Source: Selaginella moellendorffii (lineage: Eukaryota; Plantae; Lycopodiophyta). Taken from it: 64,000 bases of DNA. Of this stretch, positions 35,001-48,474 are shown one piece after another. The position numbers and the translations under genes are program-made. The stretch is taken from the NCBI RefSeq assembly GCF_000143415.4, contig NW_003314438.1, positions 62,001 through 126,000 of the forward strand, written 5' to 3'. The notes beneath the pieces were generated by a model that saw only the letters and a program-made list of their open reading frames with translations, was not told the origin of the DNA and did not search any database. How positions within the stretch are numbered: the stretch's first letter is position 1; each line of letters opens with the position of its first letter.

Positions 35001-35970
35001 GAGTTGACAATAATTTGACATATAAATCTTTATTTTAACTATAGCTGTAACTTCAAGAGACAACTCTCTATGAAATTCCATCTTCTATATTGCAATTTGA
35101 CATACTCTCAAAGGCTGCCCTTGGCTAGTTGAATTTTAATTAATGCTGCTATATGATTTAAAGAATTTTTCGTGACTAACACAAAAGCCATAATTTTGGC
35201 GCATATGATTATAAAATGAAATTTAGATTTATTGTCACTGTGAATTCTTAAAACATCAAGGGATAAATAGCTACTAACAACCCTCTCATCAAACAATTGA
35301 TTTTCAAGTTGGTTTAAAATAGTCTGTAAGCTTTAGATCAAATGGATTTATTCACTTTTGTAAATGTCTCCAACTTGAAAAACCTTTATACAATTACAAT
35401 GCCATTAAAAGGATCTTTCTCTTTCTACCTTCAACTACTCAATCTTAATTGGCACTTGGTGGCAAATTTCCTGCATAATCCTAGGGGTTGTTCTTTTTTG
35501 CCAGGGACAAGCTTCAAGGTTGCAGGTGTTGGGGATTCCAGCTTCAGAGAGCAAAGCATGATCCATGAAGACAGTAAATGTGAACCAAGAGAGAATACTG
35601 ACAACTGCAATAGAATCAAAGATGAACTTCGCAGAGTTAAAGATACCTGTCTTGGGCAATAGCCGAGAGCATGATATTCCTGGATATGAGTGTGTCTATC
35701 CAGTCTGGTCAAGAAGGCCGAAGCAGTTATCCTTCACGCCCATGGGTTCTCAGGATCGAGGCATGCATGTCGCTGTATCTAGCTCGAGAGATCGATCATG
35801 GCGTGCGGCGCGCAATCGCAATCAGGCACGGTGGCGATGAATCTTCCTCCCACTCAACAAGCTGATCGAGATGTTTGGCAATCCGGCAGCCCACAGCTCG
35901 CAAGAGAGGTGTTTGACACGGCGATGCGGGACTCTTTCTCCATGCCAGCAAAGAACCCACCAATGCATTC

Positions 35971-37570
35971 ATGGATAGCTGGCTTGACCGCATTCGCTCT
36001 TGCAAAAATCTCTGCGATGCCCGGAGGATTCACGCGGAGATCGCTCTAGATCGAAACCAGGAACACGGAGTCTATCTCTCCAACAAGCTAATCGAAATGT
36101 ATGGCAAGTGTGGAAGCGCAAGGGACGCCAAGGGGATTTTCGACGCCATTCCTGCCGGGGATAGAGATTCTTTCTCTGCTGTCCTGATGCTCTCGGCTTT
36201 CTGCAAGAACGGGCGGATTGACGAGGCTACGAAGCTATTTAATGAGCTCGTCGGTAACCACCGCGTCCTCATCGCATGGAATACTATGCTCTCTTCATAT
36301 GCCCATGTTGGGCATATGGAAGAAGCAAAGAGACTGTTTGATGAGATGCCGCAGAGAAGCTTGGTTTCCTGGAACGCTATGCTGACTGCTTATGCACAAA
36401 ATGGTTACTTGGATAAAGCCCAAGAGATGTTCCATTCCATGCCCGAACTAAGTCTTCTTGCCTGGACAGCAATGCTTTCGGCTTTTACCGCGAAAGGGCA
36501 TTTTGCTTCTGCTAAGAAAACGTTTGACTCGATGCCAGAGAGAAGCTTTGTGAGTTACAATGCAATGTTGGCATCGTTTGTAAAATTTCGAAAATACGAT
36601 TCAGCTTTAAATTTGTTTCAAGTGATGCCGGAGAGGAACTTAATATCTTCGACGACTATTCTTACAGCATTAGCTAATGGCAAGCATTTGGAAAAGGCAA
36701 AGGAAGTGTTTGATGGAATGGAGGAGCGTGACATTGTGTCATGGAACGCAATGCTAACCGCGTACGCCCTGTGCAGTGGGCTTGAGGAAGGAAGGATTTT
36801 GTTTGATGGAATGCCAAAGAGAAACCTGATATCCTGGAACGCTATGCTGACTGCATATGCTCAAAGCGGGCATCTTGAAGAGTCAAAATTTCTTTTTGAC
36901 ACCATGGCCTTTCCAAGACTTGGTAGCTTCGAACACAATGCTGGCTGCGTATGCCGATAATGGAGAGCTTGAGAAGGCTAAATCCATATTTGATGACATC
37001 CAGAGTGGAGATAAATTTTCATGGACAACCCTCTTGGTCGCTAACGTTAACAGAGGCGAGCTAGAGCAAGCAAATGCGATCTTTGTAATGACACCAGAGC
37101 ATGATATTGTTTCGTGGACTACAATGCTTGGTGCTTATGCAAACCTGGGAAGGTTTCAAGAGGCCATCGAGATCTTTAGCATGATCAAGTTGGTCGATTC
37201 ACCGGACGCTCCATGCTTCTTGCTTGTGCTTCTAGTGTGTAGCCACGCCGGGAAAGCAAGCATTGGTCGAGGCTACTTCTTTTCAATGAGAGTCGACTAT
37301 GGCATCAAGTCGACCAAGGAGCACTTCAGCTGCATGGTCGATCTTCTCGGCCGAGGTGGAAGCTTGGGTGACGCTCGAGATCTCATCTCTAGCATGCCTT
37401 ATGTTCCTGAGAGCCTTGACTATAGAAGCTTTCTGAGGAGCCAGAGGGATGGAACAACCACACCAATTCAAAGAGAAGCTCGTGATCAATTCAGAGTGGA
37501 TCTCGACGTGAGAGAATGCGATGAGAGCTCCTCTTCGTATGTTCTTCTCTCAAGCAGCTTGCTTCCTTGA
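35971..37570 (+). pseudogene. PLS-class PPR gene with E domain, split by a 1-bp insertion at ~36907
   Basis: Tandem ~31-aa motifs (SWNAMLTAYAQNG...A..LFD.MP) and a C-terminal HFSCMVDLLGR...MPYVP. ORFs 35971-36960 and 36857-37570 join if one G in ATGGCCTTTC is removed. Confidence 0.88.
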
Positions 37571-37612
37571 AATCAAACATCAAGTGTCCATGAAAGGCTG
37601 CTCGAGAGAAAT

Positions 37613-37850
37613 TTAGCTGCGGATTTCACTCATTATACCAGCACGCTTCTTCTCCAGAGAAGAGATTTGGACATAAGCTGATGAGTTCTTCACGGCTCCA
37701 GATTCCAGAGCACGGCTTGCGACGATAGGCCATACCAGGAAGGAGAGGCAGTAGCTCTTGAGAAAACTCCAAGCATCTCGCCTTCCCGAGCACGTTGATG
37801 ACACACGAATAGTGTTGCTTGAGTGTGATGGAGCTAGCTAGTGTCCCCAT
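37613..37850 (-). pseudogene. 3' fragment of a PPR gene paralogous to 42702-44240
   Basis: KQHYSCVINVLGKA...ALESGAVKNSSAYV, frameshifted. Confidence 0.8.
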
Positions 37851-38539
37851 TGGGTCTTCTATACATGAGTTTCAACGCTCTGATCCATCTTAAAGATCTA
37901 AATTAGATCAGATCTTCCATTGCTTACACCTGGCCCCGCCCCAGGTTACAATAGCTTGTGGTTTGAGTTTCCTTCAACTGCTGTGTCCAAACAGTAGTCT
38001 TCGTAAGCATGTCTGCTTTGCAATCACATCTCCTCATGCCTGATATCTTCTCAAAGTATGTCGAAGTGTTTGTTCCCCTCAGAGAGTTGTTCATATTCAG
38101 CGGGTGTCCGCAGCTAGAAAAACTGATGTCGTCTCCTTGCAATGTGATGCTACCATTCTCTACTTCTAATCACTGCATTAGTGAATTGAAAAACTGTACC
38201 CAATTGCAGAAAATGATCGCTTGTTCGGGATTTCATCGCGCCATGCCGCGAAATTTGTTGCCTGGATCACTGGCGGTTCTCTAGATTTCTAAAAAGAACT
38301 AGCTGCAAGCCGGGGTTGCAGAAAGGCTTCAGTTTCGCGCACTGCACGACGTGTAAGTCCTGGCACCGGCTGATAGGAAATGGAGGCAGCCGGGTTTCGA
38401 TTCTTTGTGACTAGAGACATTCTCTACATTTTTTGCTGCCAAGTTTCTTCTTGCTTTCATTTCGACCTTGGCGTACATGGGTTTTTTTTTTAGATCATTC
38501 GTGGTATTTTGATCTACAAGTTCTACTATATATGCGATT

Positions 38540-40100
38540 TTTTTCATCTATTCAACGGAGCGGGAGAAGCCGGAGCCCTGGTGCTGCGCCTTGCAGTCCT
38601 GGCGCTCTTTGCAATCGACGGGATCTTCTGGCCTTCATGGATGGGTCGTCCTGGATGTACAGCGCGACGAGCACGAATCTCTCCACCTCGCCCATGCCAT
38701 TTAACGAAAGCACTTGTCAACTCGTCAAGGACCATTAAAGGTCATGTTGCATTCCATGCCGTTCCATGGACAGGATTGGAAATACTTGGATAGCACCTTG
38801 ATGAGCTGCTGGAGAGGATGAAGATCGCAACTTATTAGGGTGTACTACTCATGAATTTCTCTCTCATTTTTTTTGTTCCCATCAAGGTACAGCTCTCCAA
38901 ACACTCTTGAAGCACTTTCATTGTCTATAATAATGGTTCCACTGTCCAAAACGCAGCAGGCCAGTGCCCTCGATTTTGTGGACTTACATAGAGCAAATGC
39001 AGCTGCATAGCAGGGATCCAGTGTTCTAGAGCGGGATCCTTGACGCCCGACTTTAGCATAACATCTTTCATTTCCTCATTAGTCCCTGAGTTTGACATCA
39101 CTGCCTTCACAAACGAAGGCAGCCGATCCTTGCTCAGATCGGAGAGGAACATTGGCAAGGTATACCTGTTTGAATGCACATAGACATTGTAAATCCCCTC
39201 CTTCAACTTGCCATTTAAGTTTGCTACCTCACCAAACCAATCCTACCGCCTGGGACAAGTCATTGAATCCTTCATTTTGAGTAGACATGACAAAGTAGAG
39301 GCCATACTCCTAAAACAGAAAAGACTAACAATTCAGCAGCAGCATTACTAGTGGTGTATATACTAGTGGTGCTCATTTTGGAAGACTACTACTGTGTTTG
39401 AAATTTCACATCATATGTTCCAAAATGTCCAGGCTGTAGAAAGCTCTTATTTGATCACAATTATTAACCATCTAGTGCTCTTGGATCATAGTGTCAACCC
39501 CTGCGAAGGTGCATAATCCCACCTTGTGTAGGTCTTTGTAAGTTTGGTCCAAGCCTAGTTCTTCCATTTTGCCGAGCATTTTCCCGTTGACCTGGAACTC
39601 ATGGTTGTGGAAAGATGAGATCAGTGTACGATCTATTAAGTCTGGAAGGCTACTCCCCATTGACATCCCTGAATACAAGGAAGTCATGCCAAGTCAGTCT
39701 ATGTTATCCAAATGGAAAAAAAAACAGCATATATAGACTTGGTGGTACCATAAAGACAATATGCCCAACTTTACTGGTACTAATAGACATTAAAATAACT
39801 CCAAATGGGATCTAGTGGAATGGCAATGGAGGGACATATATAAAAAATTATTTCAATATGAGACCAAACTCAGCCAGAGAGTGGTTTATACCCTGGTACA
39901 GGCCACATTCATCGAGAAAGCAAGAGCATAATAAATTCACTCCCGAAACTATCTATAGTGCATGAATAGGTCGCTGCCTGATACTTCATATGGCTTGCCC
40001 AGCAGAAGTGCCCACCCTCACTTGTGGTAATTAGCTTGCAGACTCTATGGAGCAATAGAGATATAATGCCATATCCTATGGGAATGTTCAGCAACACAGA
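38540..40100 (-). pseudogene. Unidentified decayed multi-exon gene
   Basis: Several coding-like minus-strand segments (38925-39206, 39472-39687) with stops and frameshifts; I recognise no family. Confidence 0.3.
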
Positions 40101-40599
40101 AAGTGGGAAGGTTCCATGGCAATTCTCAAAAGAACCTCTCAAAATGGCATATCCATAACTTATGAATCAATACTTTGGGGTTGTTTCCTCTAGGGAAAGG
40201 CTAAACACCTGAACACTTAGAAGTGAGAACCCTTACCTCAACCAACTTAACCAAACATAAGCCTTTTGATGTCCTTAAGGGATATACTCTTGTGGAGATT
40301 TGGAAGGCCTACTGTGCCAAGACTTTGGCTCATGCAACAATCTCAAAAGTTTGGTTGCAACTGATTATTGCACTAGCGTCCCAACTTGATACACTGAAGA
40401 AAGGAGACAAAGGAAAGATTGTTAAAGAATGAGCTCTTAAGCCCTTCTTTAGACATGAAAGTGAAGTTGGCAAAAACAAATGATCATGGAAATCACTATT
40501 ATGGTTTTGGCAGCATTTATCTAGGAATAACAGAATATATACCTCCCCAAATCCATTAGATCCTTCTTCAAAGACTTCGACCACCTAGACTACAACAGA

Positions 40600-41150
40600 C
40601 ATGGACTCAAGCTCCAATTTGGCTTTATTCCCCGAGCATGGTATTCCAGGCGATGAGTCGACGAGCTCATTCCTAGCCACCTCGTTTCGTCTGTTCTTGC
40701 AGAAAGCCGAGCGCACCAGGACAGCACTTGCTCCTCGGCTGGCAATGGCGTTGAAAATCCCCTTCGCGTACCTCGTGCTTCCACACTTGCCATACATTTC
40801 GATTAGCTTGGAGAGATGGACTCCGTGTTCCTGGCGTCGATTTAGAGCAATCAGCGATGGTCTATCGGATTCGCAGGATCGTCCAGCTTGCAGCTGCGCA
40901 ATCGCGATCAGGCACGGTGGTGACGAATCAACCTCTCATCAAGCTGTGATCGAGATGTTTGGTAATTAGTGTTACGGGGGCAGCTAGATGGACTGCAATT
41001 CTTATTGTCTTCATGGTCATGGTTTGCTCTCTGAAGCCACAGAACCCTTCGTGTCTATGCCTGAAACTAACATTGTTTCTTGGGCTGCTGCTCGCTTGCT
41101 TCAAAGAGATCTTCGAAGACATGATTGCCAGGATGCACACTTGCTCAAAA
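40600..41150. pseudogene. Rearranged PPR 5' fragments
   Basis: 40600-40850 (minus) matches 36040-36260 (LSKLIEMYGKCGS). 40880-40960 (plus) matches 35800-35880. Confidence 0.75.
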
Positions 41151-41859
41151 TGGTGACTCGCACCTCTTATGGAGTACCTGGGAAATCCTCATAAAAAATG
41201 CTACATTCTTGAGGCGTAGGAAACGTGACTTGGATGGAAGCTACTCACCGGAGATCTCTCGATAGTGCCAAGAGTGGCTGCTCACACACAAGTACTATAC
41301 ATCATTTTTCGCTGGGTTGTTTTCTCTTTCTAATCCTCATTGATGTTTTGAAGGTAGCCCCACTATGCTGGGCTAATGTCTTTTTAAGCTATCCAAGTTC
41401 CTAGATGGGTTTGCCACTGGGTTAAAGTGCCTGGGTTCACAGATTTAACTCATGCCCCAGACATGAAGAAGAAGATTTCAAAAGTTGAAACAAACTTCTA
41501 AGCAATCATAGTTGTAACAGGGTTTTATCATAGATTTCAGTTTTTACAGCCCTATGATCAAAGTCTTTAATGAAGAGTTTAATGGACTTAGGGAGGTATA
41601 TGTCCCATTGTTTTTGGATAAGTGCTACAAAAGCCATAATAGTGGTTTTCATGTCCATTCATCTTTGTTAACCTCACTTTCATGTTTACAAAAAGGCCAC
41701 AAAACTTTTCTTTGGTGATCTTTCCTTCATTTCCTCTCTTTGTAAATGTGTTTAGTCTAGACACTAGCAAGACAATTAATTGCAACCAAACTTTTGAGAT
41801 TGTTGCTTGAGCCAAGGGGTTCTTGTTATCAAACAACTTGGTGCATACTACTAAACATT

Positions 41860-42650
41860 CTTAATAGTACATGGCATTGTAAAGAGGCAAAGAAACTGTC
41901 TGATGAAATGACACAAACAATCATGGCGCCTGGAATGCATGCTCGCTGCATATGCACACAAATGGTAATTTTGGATAAGGCCTAAAGTTTTCACTTCAGG
42001 CCCGAGCTTAGGCCCTTCTTGCCTAGAAGGCAGTTTTTTAACTGAAAAGAAAACTTTTGACGAGAGAAGCTTTGTGAGCTACAATGCAATGTTGTCGGCG
42101 TTTATAAGAGGTGGAAAGCATGACTCAGCATTACAATTGTTTGAAGCAATGCCAGAGAGAAACTTGGTCTCGACAACTACTCTATCCTTTGGCGTTAGCC
42201 AATTCCGGGCATTTGAAACAGGCAAAAGGAGGTGTTCGATGGGATGGAGGAGCGACATTGTGTCGTGTGTATGCTCAATGCGTTGAGATAGAGGAGGCAA
42301 GGTGTCTGTTACATGATATCAAAAACAGACAATGCCTCCATGGTACCCTCTAACACAATGCTGGCTGGTTATGCAGATAATGGAAAATTTGAACAAACCA
42401 AGTCCATGTTTAAGTTCTCGTGGTTAATCACAAACATCAACTGAGGAGAGCTAGAACGATCATACTTTAGCTGCGTGGTCGATCTTTTCGGTCGGGGTGG
42501 AAGTTTGAGCTCATCTCTATGTGCCGGAAAGCCTAGGAGCCAGAGAGATGGATCATCAACACAAAGAGATTCTGACTTGGGAGGTTGCAATGAGAGCTCT
42601 TCTTCATATGTTCTGAAGAACATATGGCTGAAATCTCTCAGCCAGCCTTG
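41860..42650 (+). pseudogene. Deleted paralogue of PPR 35971-37570 (3' portion)
   Basis: SYNAMLSAF...A.QLFEAMPERNLVS and a 3' end homologous to 37320-37580. Confidence 0.8.
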
Positions 42651-42701
42651 AATCAAAGATTACATCACCAATACCAGGATGAATGGCTTCTCGAGAGAGA
42701 T

Positions 42702-44240
42702 TTAGCTCCTCATTGTACCGACACACTTCTTCTCCATGCAGAAGAGACTTGCAAGAAGGACATAACCTGACGAGTCCTTCACGGCTCCAGAGTCAAGAGC
42801 ACTGCCTGCGACAAAAGCGCCATAGCCAAGAGCTTTGTAACTTCGACACGAGCCCAGGAAGGAGAGCCAGTCCACGGCTTCCGGCACAAAAGGCATACAA
42901 CTCATGAGCTCGTGAGCAAACTCCAAGTATCCCGCCTTTCCAAGCAAGTCAATCACACACGAGTAGTGCTGCTTGAGTGGAGGGAGGCCAAAATCTTCGA
43001 CCATGGACACAAAGTGGCATCGTCCTTGGTAAACTTTGCCTTGATGCGCACAAGCTATCATTCCAGAGACGAAAGATACATGATCCGGGGAGTAAACCAT
43101 CTTGAGCTCGTGGAAAATCTCCTCGGCAATCTCTGGCTTTCCATTTTGCGTGTAGGCAGCGAGCATAGCACTCCATGAGATGGAATCTCGCTGTGGCATT
43201 CCTCTAAAAGTTTTTGCAGCGTCTCCAAGATGGCCTCTCTGTGCTTGAGCAGCGAGAATGATCGTCCAGGAGAACACATTCTTCTCCGGCATAACATCAA
43301 AGACTTGCTTCGTCGACTCCAAATCCCCATTCCACACATAAGCACTGGCAAGGCAGTTCCAAGAGACGAGATCACAAACTGGCATGTTATCAAAAATCTT
43401 CTTGGCTTCGTCAAGGTGCCCGTTTTGGGCATACGCCCCCAGCATGGTAGAACACGACGCCATGTCTTGGTGCTGGATTCCATCAAAAACCAGCCGCGTT
43501 TCTTCAATATGCCCAGCCTGGGCATACACTGCGAGCAGTGATGTTAATGCAACTTGGTCTCTTTCAGGCATTAAATCAAAGACTCTCCTAGACTCTAAAA
43601 CTAAATGCTTTTGGCCATAAGCAACTAGCAAGTTCGTCCACGAAATTACATTTCTTAGCGGCATAGTTTCAAAGAGAGATTTAGATTTCTCTAAACACCC
43701 ACAACGGGCATTTGCGGACAATATAGCGTTCCATGATACAAGATCTTTGTCAGGCATGTTATCAAAAAACCAAGTTGCATCGCCAGCTAGGTGGTTTCGT
43801 GCATACAGATCAAGCATTGTGACCCACGAGACGAGATTTCTCGCTGGCATTGTGTCAAAGATTTGTCTCGCTCCCTGCAATTGCCCGTTCTTGGCAAATG
43901 CCGCAAGCATCGCGTTCCAGGCCACCATGTTGGGCTGGGGCATCGCGTCAAAGGTGGATTTGGCCTCTCTCAAGTAGCCATTGCGGGAGTACGCGTGTAG
44001 CAGCAACACCCACGAGAAGTTATCCTTGGCGGCGATTCGATCGAAGGCTTGTTGCGCGTGGAGGACGCTCCCACACCGCCCATACATTTCGATGAGCTTG
44101 TTGGAGAAGAAGATATCGCGGCTGGAAGAGAAATCCCTGCAATTCACAATGGCTGCGTGTAGATCCTTGGCAGCTGCGAGGGTTTGGACGCTCTGGACGA
44201 GCTCGAGGCATTTTCTCCGATCCCAAGCATCTCCCATCAT
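42702..44240 (-). CDS. PLS-class pentatricopeptide repeat protein with E domain (no DYW), 512 aa; candidate organellar RNA-editing factor
   Basis: Intronless ORF with about 11 short PPR motifs followed by HYSCVIDLLGKAG..MPFVPEAVDW..SSGYVLL. Confidence 0.92.
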   Translation of the reverse strand: MMGDAWDRRKCLELVQSVQTLAAAKDLHAAIVNCRDFSSSRDIFFSNKLIEMYGRCGSVLHAQQAFDRIAAKDNFSWVLLLHAYSRNGYLREAKSTFDAMPQPNMVAWNAMLAAFAKNGQLQGARQIFDTMPARNLVSWVTMLDLYARNHLAGDATWFFDNMPDKDLVSWNAILSANARCGCLEKSKSLFETMPLRNVISWTNLLVAYGQKHLVLESRRVFDLMPERDQVALTSLLAVYAQAGHIEETRLVFDGIQHQDMASCSTMLGAYAQNGHLDEAKKIFDNMPVCDLVSWNCLASAYVWNGDLESTKQVFDVMPEKNVFSWTIILAAQAQRGHLGDAAKTFRGMPQRDSISWSAMLAAYTQNGKPEIAEEIFHELKMVYSPDHVSFVSGMIACAHQGKVYQGRCHFVSMVEDFGLPPLKQHYSCVIDLLGKAGYLEFAHELMSCMPFVPEAVDWLSFLGSCRSYKALGYGAFVAGSALDSGAVKDSSGYVLLASLFCMEKKCVGTMRS

Positions 44241-44399
44241 AGACCCTCATACTTTTCTGCTGAATTATTCTACTCGTTTTGAATCCCAAAGTGCGGCGCT
44301 CATAAAAAATATCAATCATAGGTTATGTTAATAAGGTGATTTACTATTTGCATTTCTTGGGGATCCTGGAGGTGCATAAGCGACCGGACATCGCAGGAA

Positions 44400-44990
44400 G
44401 GCTGCGCCTCCACGACGAGATCGCCTTCGAGGAGCTTGGTCGTGACGGCGATGAACGAGCAAGGGCGCTTCTTAAAACTGTTTACGAGTAGAGAGCTCTT
44501 CTTTGTTCTTCGTGGACCGGGACCCGAGCTTGAGCAGTGTCTCCTCCCAGCTCGGGGCATTCAATTCCTCCATACCTGTGGATGAGAGCTTTCGGAGCTC
44601 TGTGTTGGTGTCACGGACCGGCGGGCATGTCCGATGGCCACATGAAGACGTGCGCGAGTTTGAATCCCTTCAGCGATGGAAACGGTCGGATGGGGAGGAT
44701 ACTCCTGGCAGCCATTTTGATGCACGCCCTTCCCAAACGTACTGTTCGTGGAGAGCATGAAGCAGGAGCCGCCGTTCGTGAACAGGGACGACTACCGGGA
44801 GTGCTTTGAGAAGGCGCAGGCTGAGCAAGAGTTTGATGCGAGTTATGGCGAACGAGTGCTGAGCTTCACGAAAGAGGGGGCGGTGTGCCGGGTTGATCCG
44901 CCACGGGAGCTGGCGGCGCTGGCGATTGAAGGCGTTTACGTGGGGTGGAAGCGCTTTTGTTTCGAGCTCTGGACCAAGCGTTCCAGCTGA
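44400..44990 (+). pseudogene. Fic/Doc (Fido) domain gene relic
   Basis: NPFSDGNGRMGRIL at 44663-44704 fits the Fic signature HPFx(D/E)GNGRxxR with H changed to N; the reading continues after a frameshift as PPFVNRDDYRECFEKA. Confidence 0.72.
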
Positions 44991-45059
44991 AGCAAGCAAC
45001 AGCATGGAAACCGAGGTGGTGGCAGCCGCGACAAGCTGTCGAGGCTTAGGCTCTATGTA

Positions 45060-46190
45060 ATTTCTCTCATTGTACATAAGCTGACGACTCCTCCACGGCT
45101 CCAGATGCAACAGCACGGCCTGCGACGAAAGAGCCATAGCCAAGGGCTTTGTAGTCCACGGCTTCCGGCACAAAAAGCATGCAACTCATGAGCTCTTGAG
45201 CAAGCTCCAAGTCTTTCCAAGCAAGTCGATCACACACAAGTAGTGGTGTTTGAGCCGAAATCTTCGACCATTGGACACAAAGTGGCATAGATGGTTTACT
45301 CCCCGGATCACGTATGTTTCGTCTCCAAGATCATAGATTGCACACATCGAGGCAAAGTTTATCAAGGAAGTGATCTCGTCAAACATGTCCTCTGGCAATC
45401 TTTGGCTTTGTGTAGGCAGTAAGCATAGCGCTCCATGAGATGGTGGCATTCTTCCAAAAGTGTCTCCGAGATGGCCTTTCTGCCTGAGCAGCGAGAATGA
45501 TCGTCCAGGAGAACACATTCTTCTCCGGCATAACATCAAAGACTTGCTTCGTCGCATGTTATCAAAGATCTTCCGGGATTCGTCGTCAGGAAAACGTTTT
45601 GGGCATACACTCCCATGTCTTGGTGCTGGATTCCATCGAAACCAGCCCCGTTACTTCTGCATACACTGTGAGCAGTGACATGGTCTATCTCGAAATCGAA
45701 GATTTTAAAACTAAATGCCTTTTTCCATAGCAAGTTCTTCCACGAAATCACATTCATTAGCTGGTTTACCCTGAATGGCATCTGCGGACAATATTGAGTT
45801 CCATGATACAAGATCTTTGTCGGGCATATTGTCAAAGAAGAAAGTTTCACCATCAGGAAAGTGATTTTGTGCATCTACCGAGGCATTATGCCGCCGTCAT
45901 CGCGTTCCAGGTCACCATATTAGGCTGTGGCATCGCGTCAAAGGTGGATTTGGTCTCTCTCAAGTATCCATTGCGAGAGTACGCGTGCAGCAGCAAGACC
46001 CACGAGAACTTATCCTTGACAGGGATTCGATCGAAGGCTTGTTGCGCGTGGAGGACACACCTATATATTTCGATGAGCTTGTTGGAGAGGAAGATTGCTG
46101 ATTGCAATTCACAATGCATGCGTGTAGATCCTTGGCAGCTCTCTGGACGAGCTCGAGGCATTTTCTCCGATCCCAAGCATCTCCCATAAA
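45060..46190 (-). pseudogene. Degenerate tandem copy of PPR 42702-44240
   Basis: Same start MGDAWDRRKCLELVQ; many small deletions and frameshifts. Confidence 0.88.
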
Positions 46191-46199
46191 AAAAGCCAA

Positions 46200-48470
46200 G
46201 CTTAGCATATTCTGAGTCTAACTATTTAAGCAAAGTGTCGATAAATTTTTGTTTTTAATGATGGTTGTGATAGCAAAAACATTTTACGAGCGAGATTGAT
46301 TGTAATCCATCATTCATTAAATTTATTTACAGTTTTTCTTTTTATTTTGTTCCAAGCAAAATAAAAGTGATGCACTACTAAACTGTATCCATTAAATACT
46401 AACATTTAGTTGTCTTGGTTAATTATTTTTTAATATTTATTTACATTCAAATCACATTGATCCCAATCCATGCATCAATAGTTGATATTTTTTTATATGG
46501 TTATTATTAATTTTTAAAAAAAATCAACACTTTTAAGCTTGTTAATATATATAGAATAAAGAACATAGACGTGATGTTGCCAGGACCCGAGCAATATCTT
46601 CTGGAATGGGTATATAACTTACCTTTGTCAAAAACGTTATCCTCAAGTAAACTTTTTCTCTTTCCACAGGCTTGGCAGCTTCTCCAAATTTTAATTTCAA
46701 TTTAAATTTTCTTCCAAATTTATGGCACTTCTTTGTCTTCATATTTTAATCCCACATACATTTGTAGTGGTTCATTTTCATAATTATTAATTACCATTAT
46801 GGCAACTTTAGATTTCATAAAGCTAATTAAAGCTGTGATTCATACTTATTTTTTATACTTTAATATTTTTATTTAAAACTGATTTAATATTATTTTCATC
46901 AATTTAAATATAATGGAATAACTAATATTGAAAAAGCTAAAACTTGTATGAAATAATAAAATAGTAACTTTTACACTTTTTTATTTATTAGTATACATTC
47001 AACATATTGCATAATTACATGATTAAACTAAATCACTTGGTGAAATAGTTATAGAAAATAAAAGAAAGAAATATTTTCCACCATATGTTTTACTATATTA
47101 TTCATAATTATGGTTTAGATTTAAAATTGAATATACAAAACAAGTATGGATCTGGATTTTTATTAAAATAATTAATTAATTATAATGTAAAATTATATAC
47201 ATAATTATCATATATAAACCATATGCTCTACAATTAAAATAACCTTTATAAATAATAGTAAAAATGATGTTCTATAACTAAATAGGCATTTAATATAGAA
47301 AACATAACTATTTACAAAAATATTATAAATTGTATATACATCTCATAAATCTCATGAGAAAATTTAATACATATTACCATAAAAACTATATAATACATAT
47401 TTTACATTTTAACTTTATTTTACATTTACTATAAACCATAAATACTTCGTTTATATCAAGTCAAGATATAATATTTTGAGAAGTATAATTAAAAATTTCA
47501 ACAATAACACATATTTCTTTGTAAAGAAATTAAATTTAAAATAATTATTTAAATTTAGTTACTTTTTATATGAACATTTTGAGGGTATTATAATTTATTA
47601 CTTTTAATAATACTTCCTTCTATATTATTTAATATACTTAAATATAATTTCATAAATACTTAAAAAATTAAAAATTATCTTTCACTGTAATTGTATATTT
47701 TTCTAAAATAATATAAAATGTAGTAAAATATTTACAATAAATTATAATTGATAATAACATAAAATTGTTTTTGGTGAATCTTAACTGTGGTGCTATAACT
47801 TTACATTCTAAACCTTTAATTTTATATTTTTGATATCATCAAAAATGTTTAAATAAGAATATAAATTTCTTATAGTCACTTATTTGTTTTTTAAATTTTT
47901 TTAAGTAATTGGAATACTTCTAAACTTTAAAATTCCTAAATTATTCTGTAATAAATTAAATTTTGTTTGTATTATTTTCTCCAAAGAATCTTAATTTGTT
48001 TAAATATTGTAATATACAGTATTTTTAATATAATATTTATGTTATATCATATTATTTTTTAATTACATTTTAAAGATGATTTTTGTTATAAATATGAAAT
48101 AATATACTTTTAATGGGAGAAAACTCTAAAATGATTTACAAATTAGTCTTTAAAGAATATTAAAACTCTAAAAATTCTGTATGCTTTGATTATTTGATAT
48201 AATTGTTTATCTGTTACCAAATTTGTTTATTAGTAGGATTATAATAATATAAGCTTATTAAATTGGGTAATATTTAGTATAAATTACCAATTACTAATTT
48301 CTATTAGTCAAAGAGATTATTTGAGAGATTACCTTTTTTTCTAGAACTGAATTGCTTTAAGAGTTTACTACCCTTTTAAGCACTAACCAGAATATAAACC
48401 TAATATAATACATTTGTCTTGATTAACTTTTATTAAATATATATTATTACTATTTGCTGCAATGAGTGGA
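46200..48470. other. Extremely AT-rich block, probably a fully decayed transposon
   Basis: Almost no CG dinucleotides and no credible ORF; sits between PPR relics. Confidence 0.4.
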
Positions 48471-48474
48471 AGCT

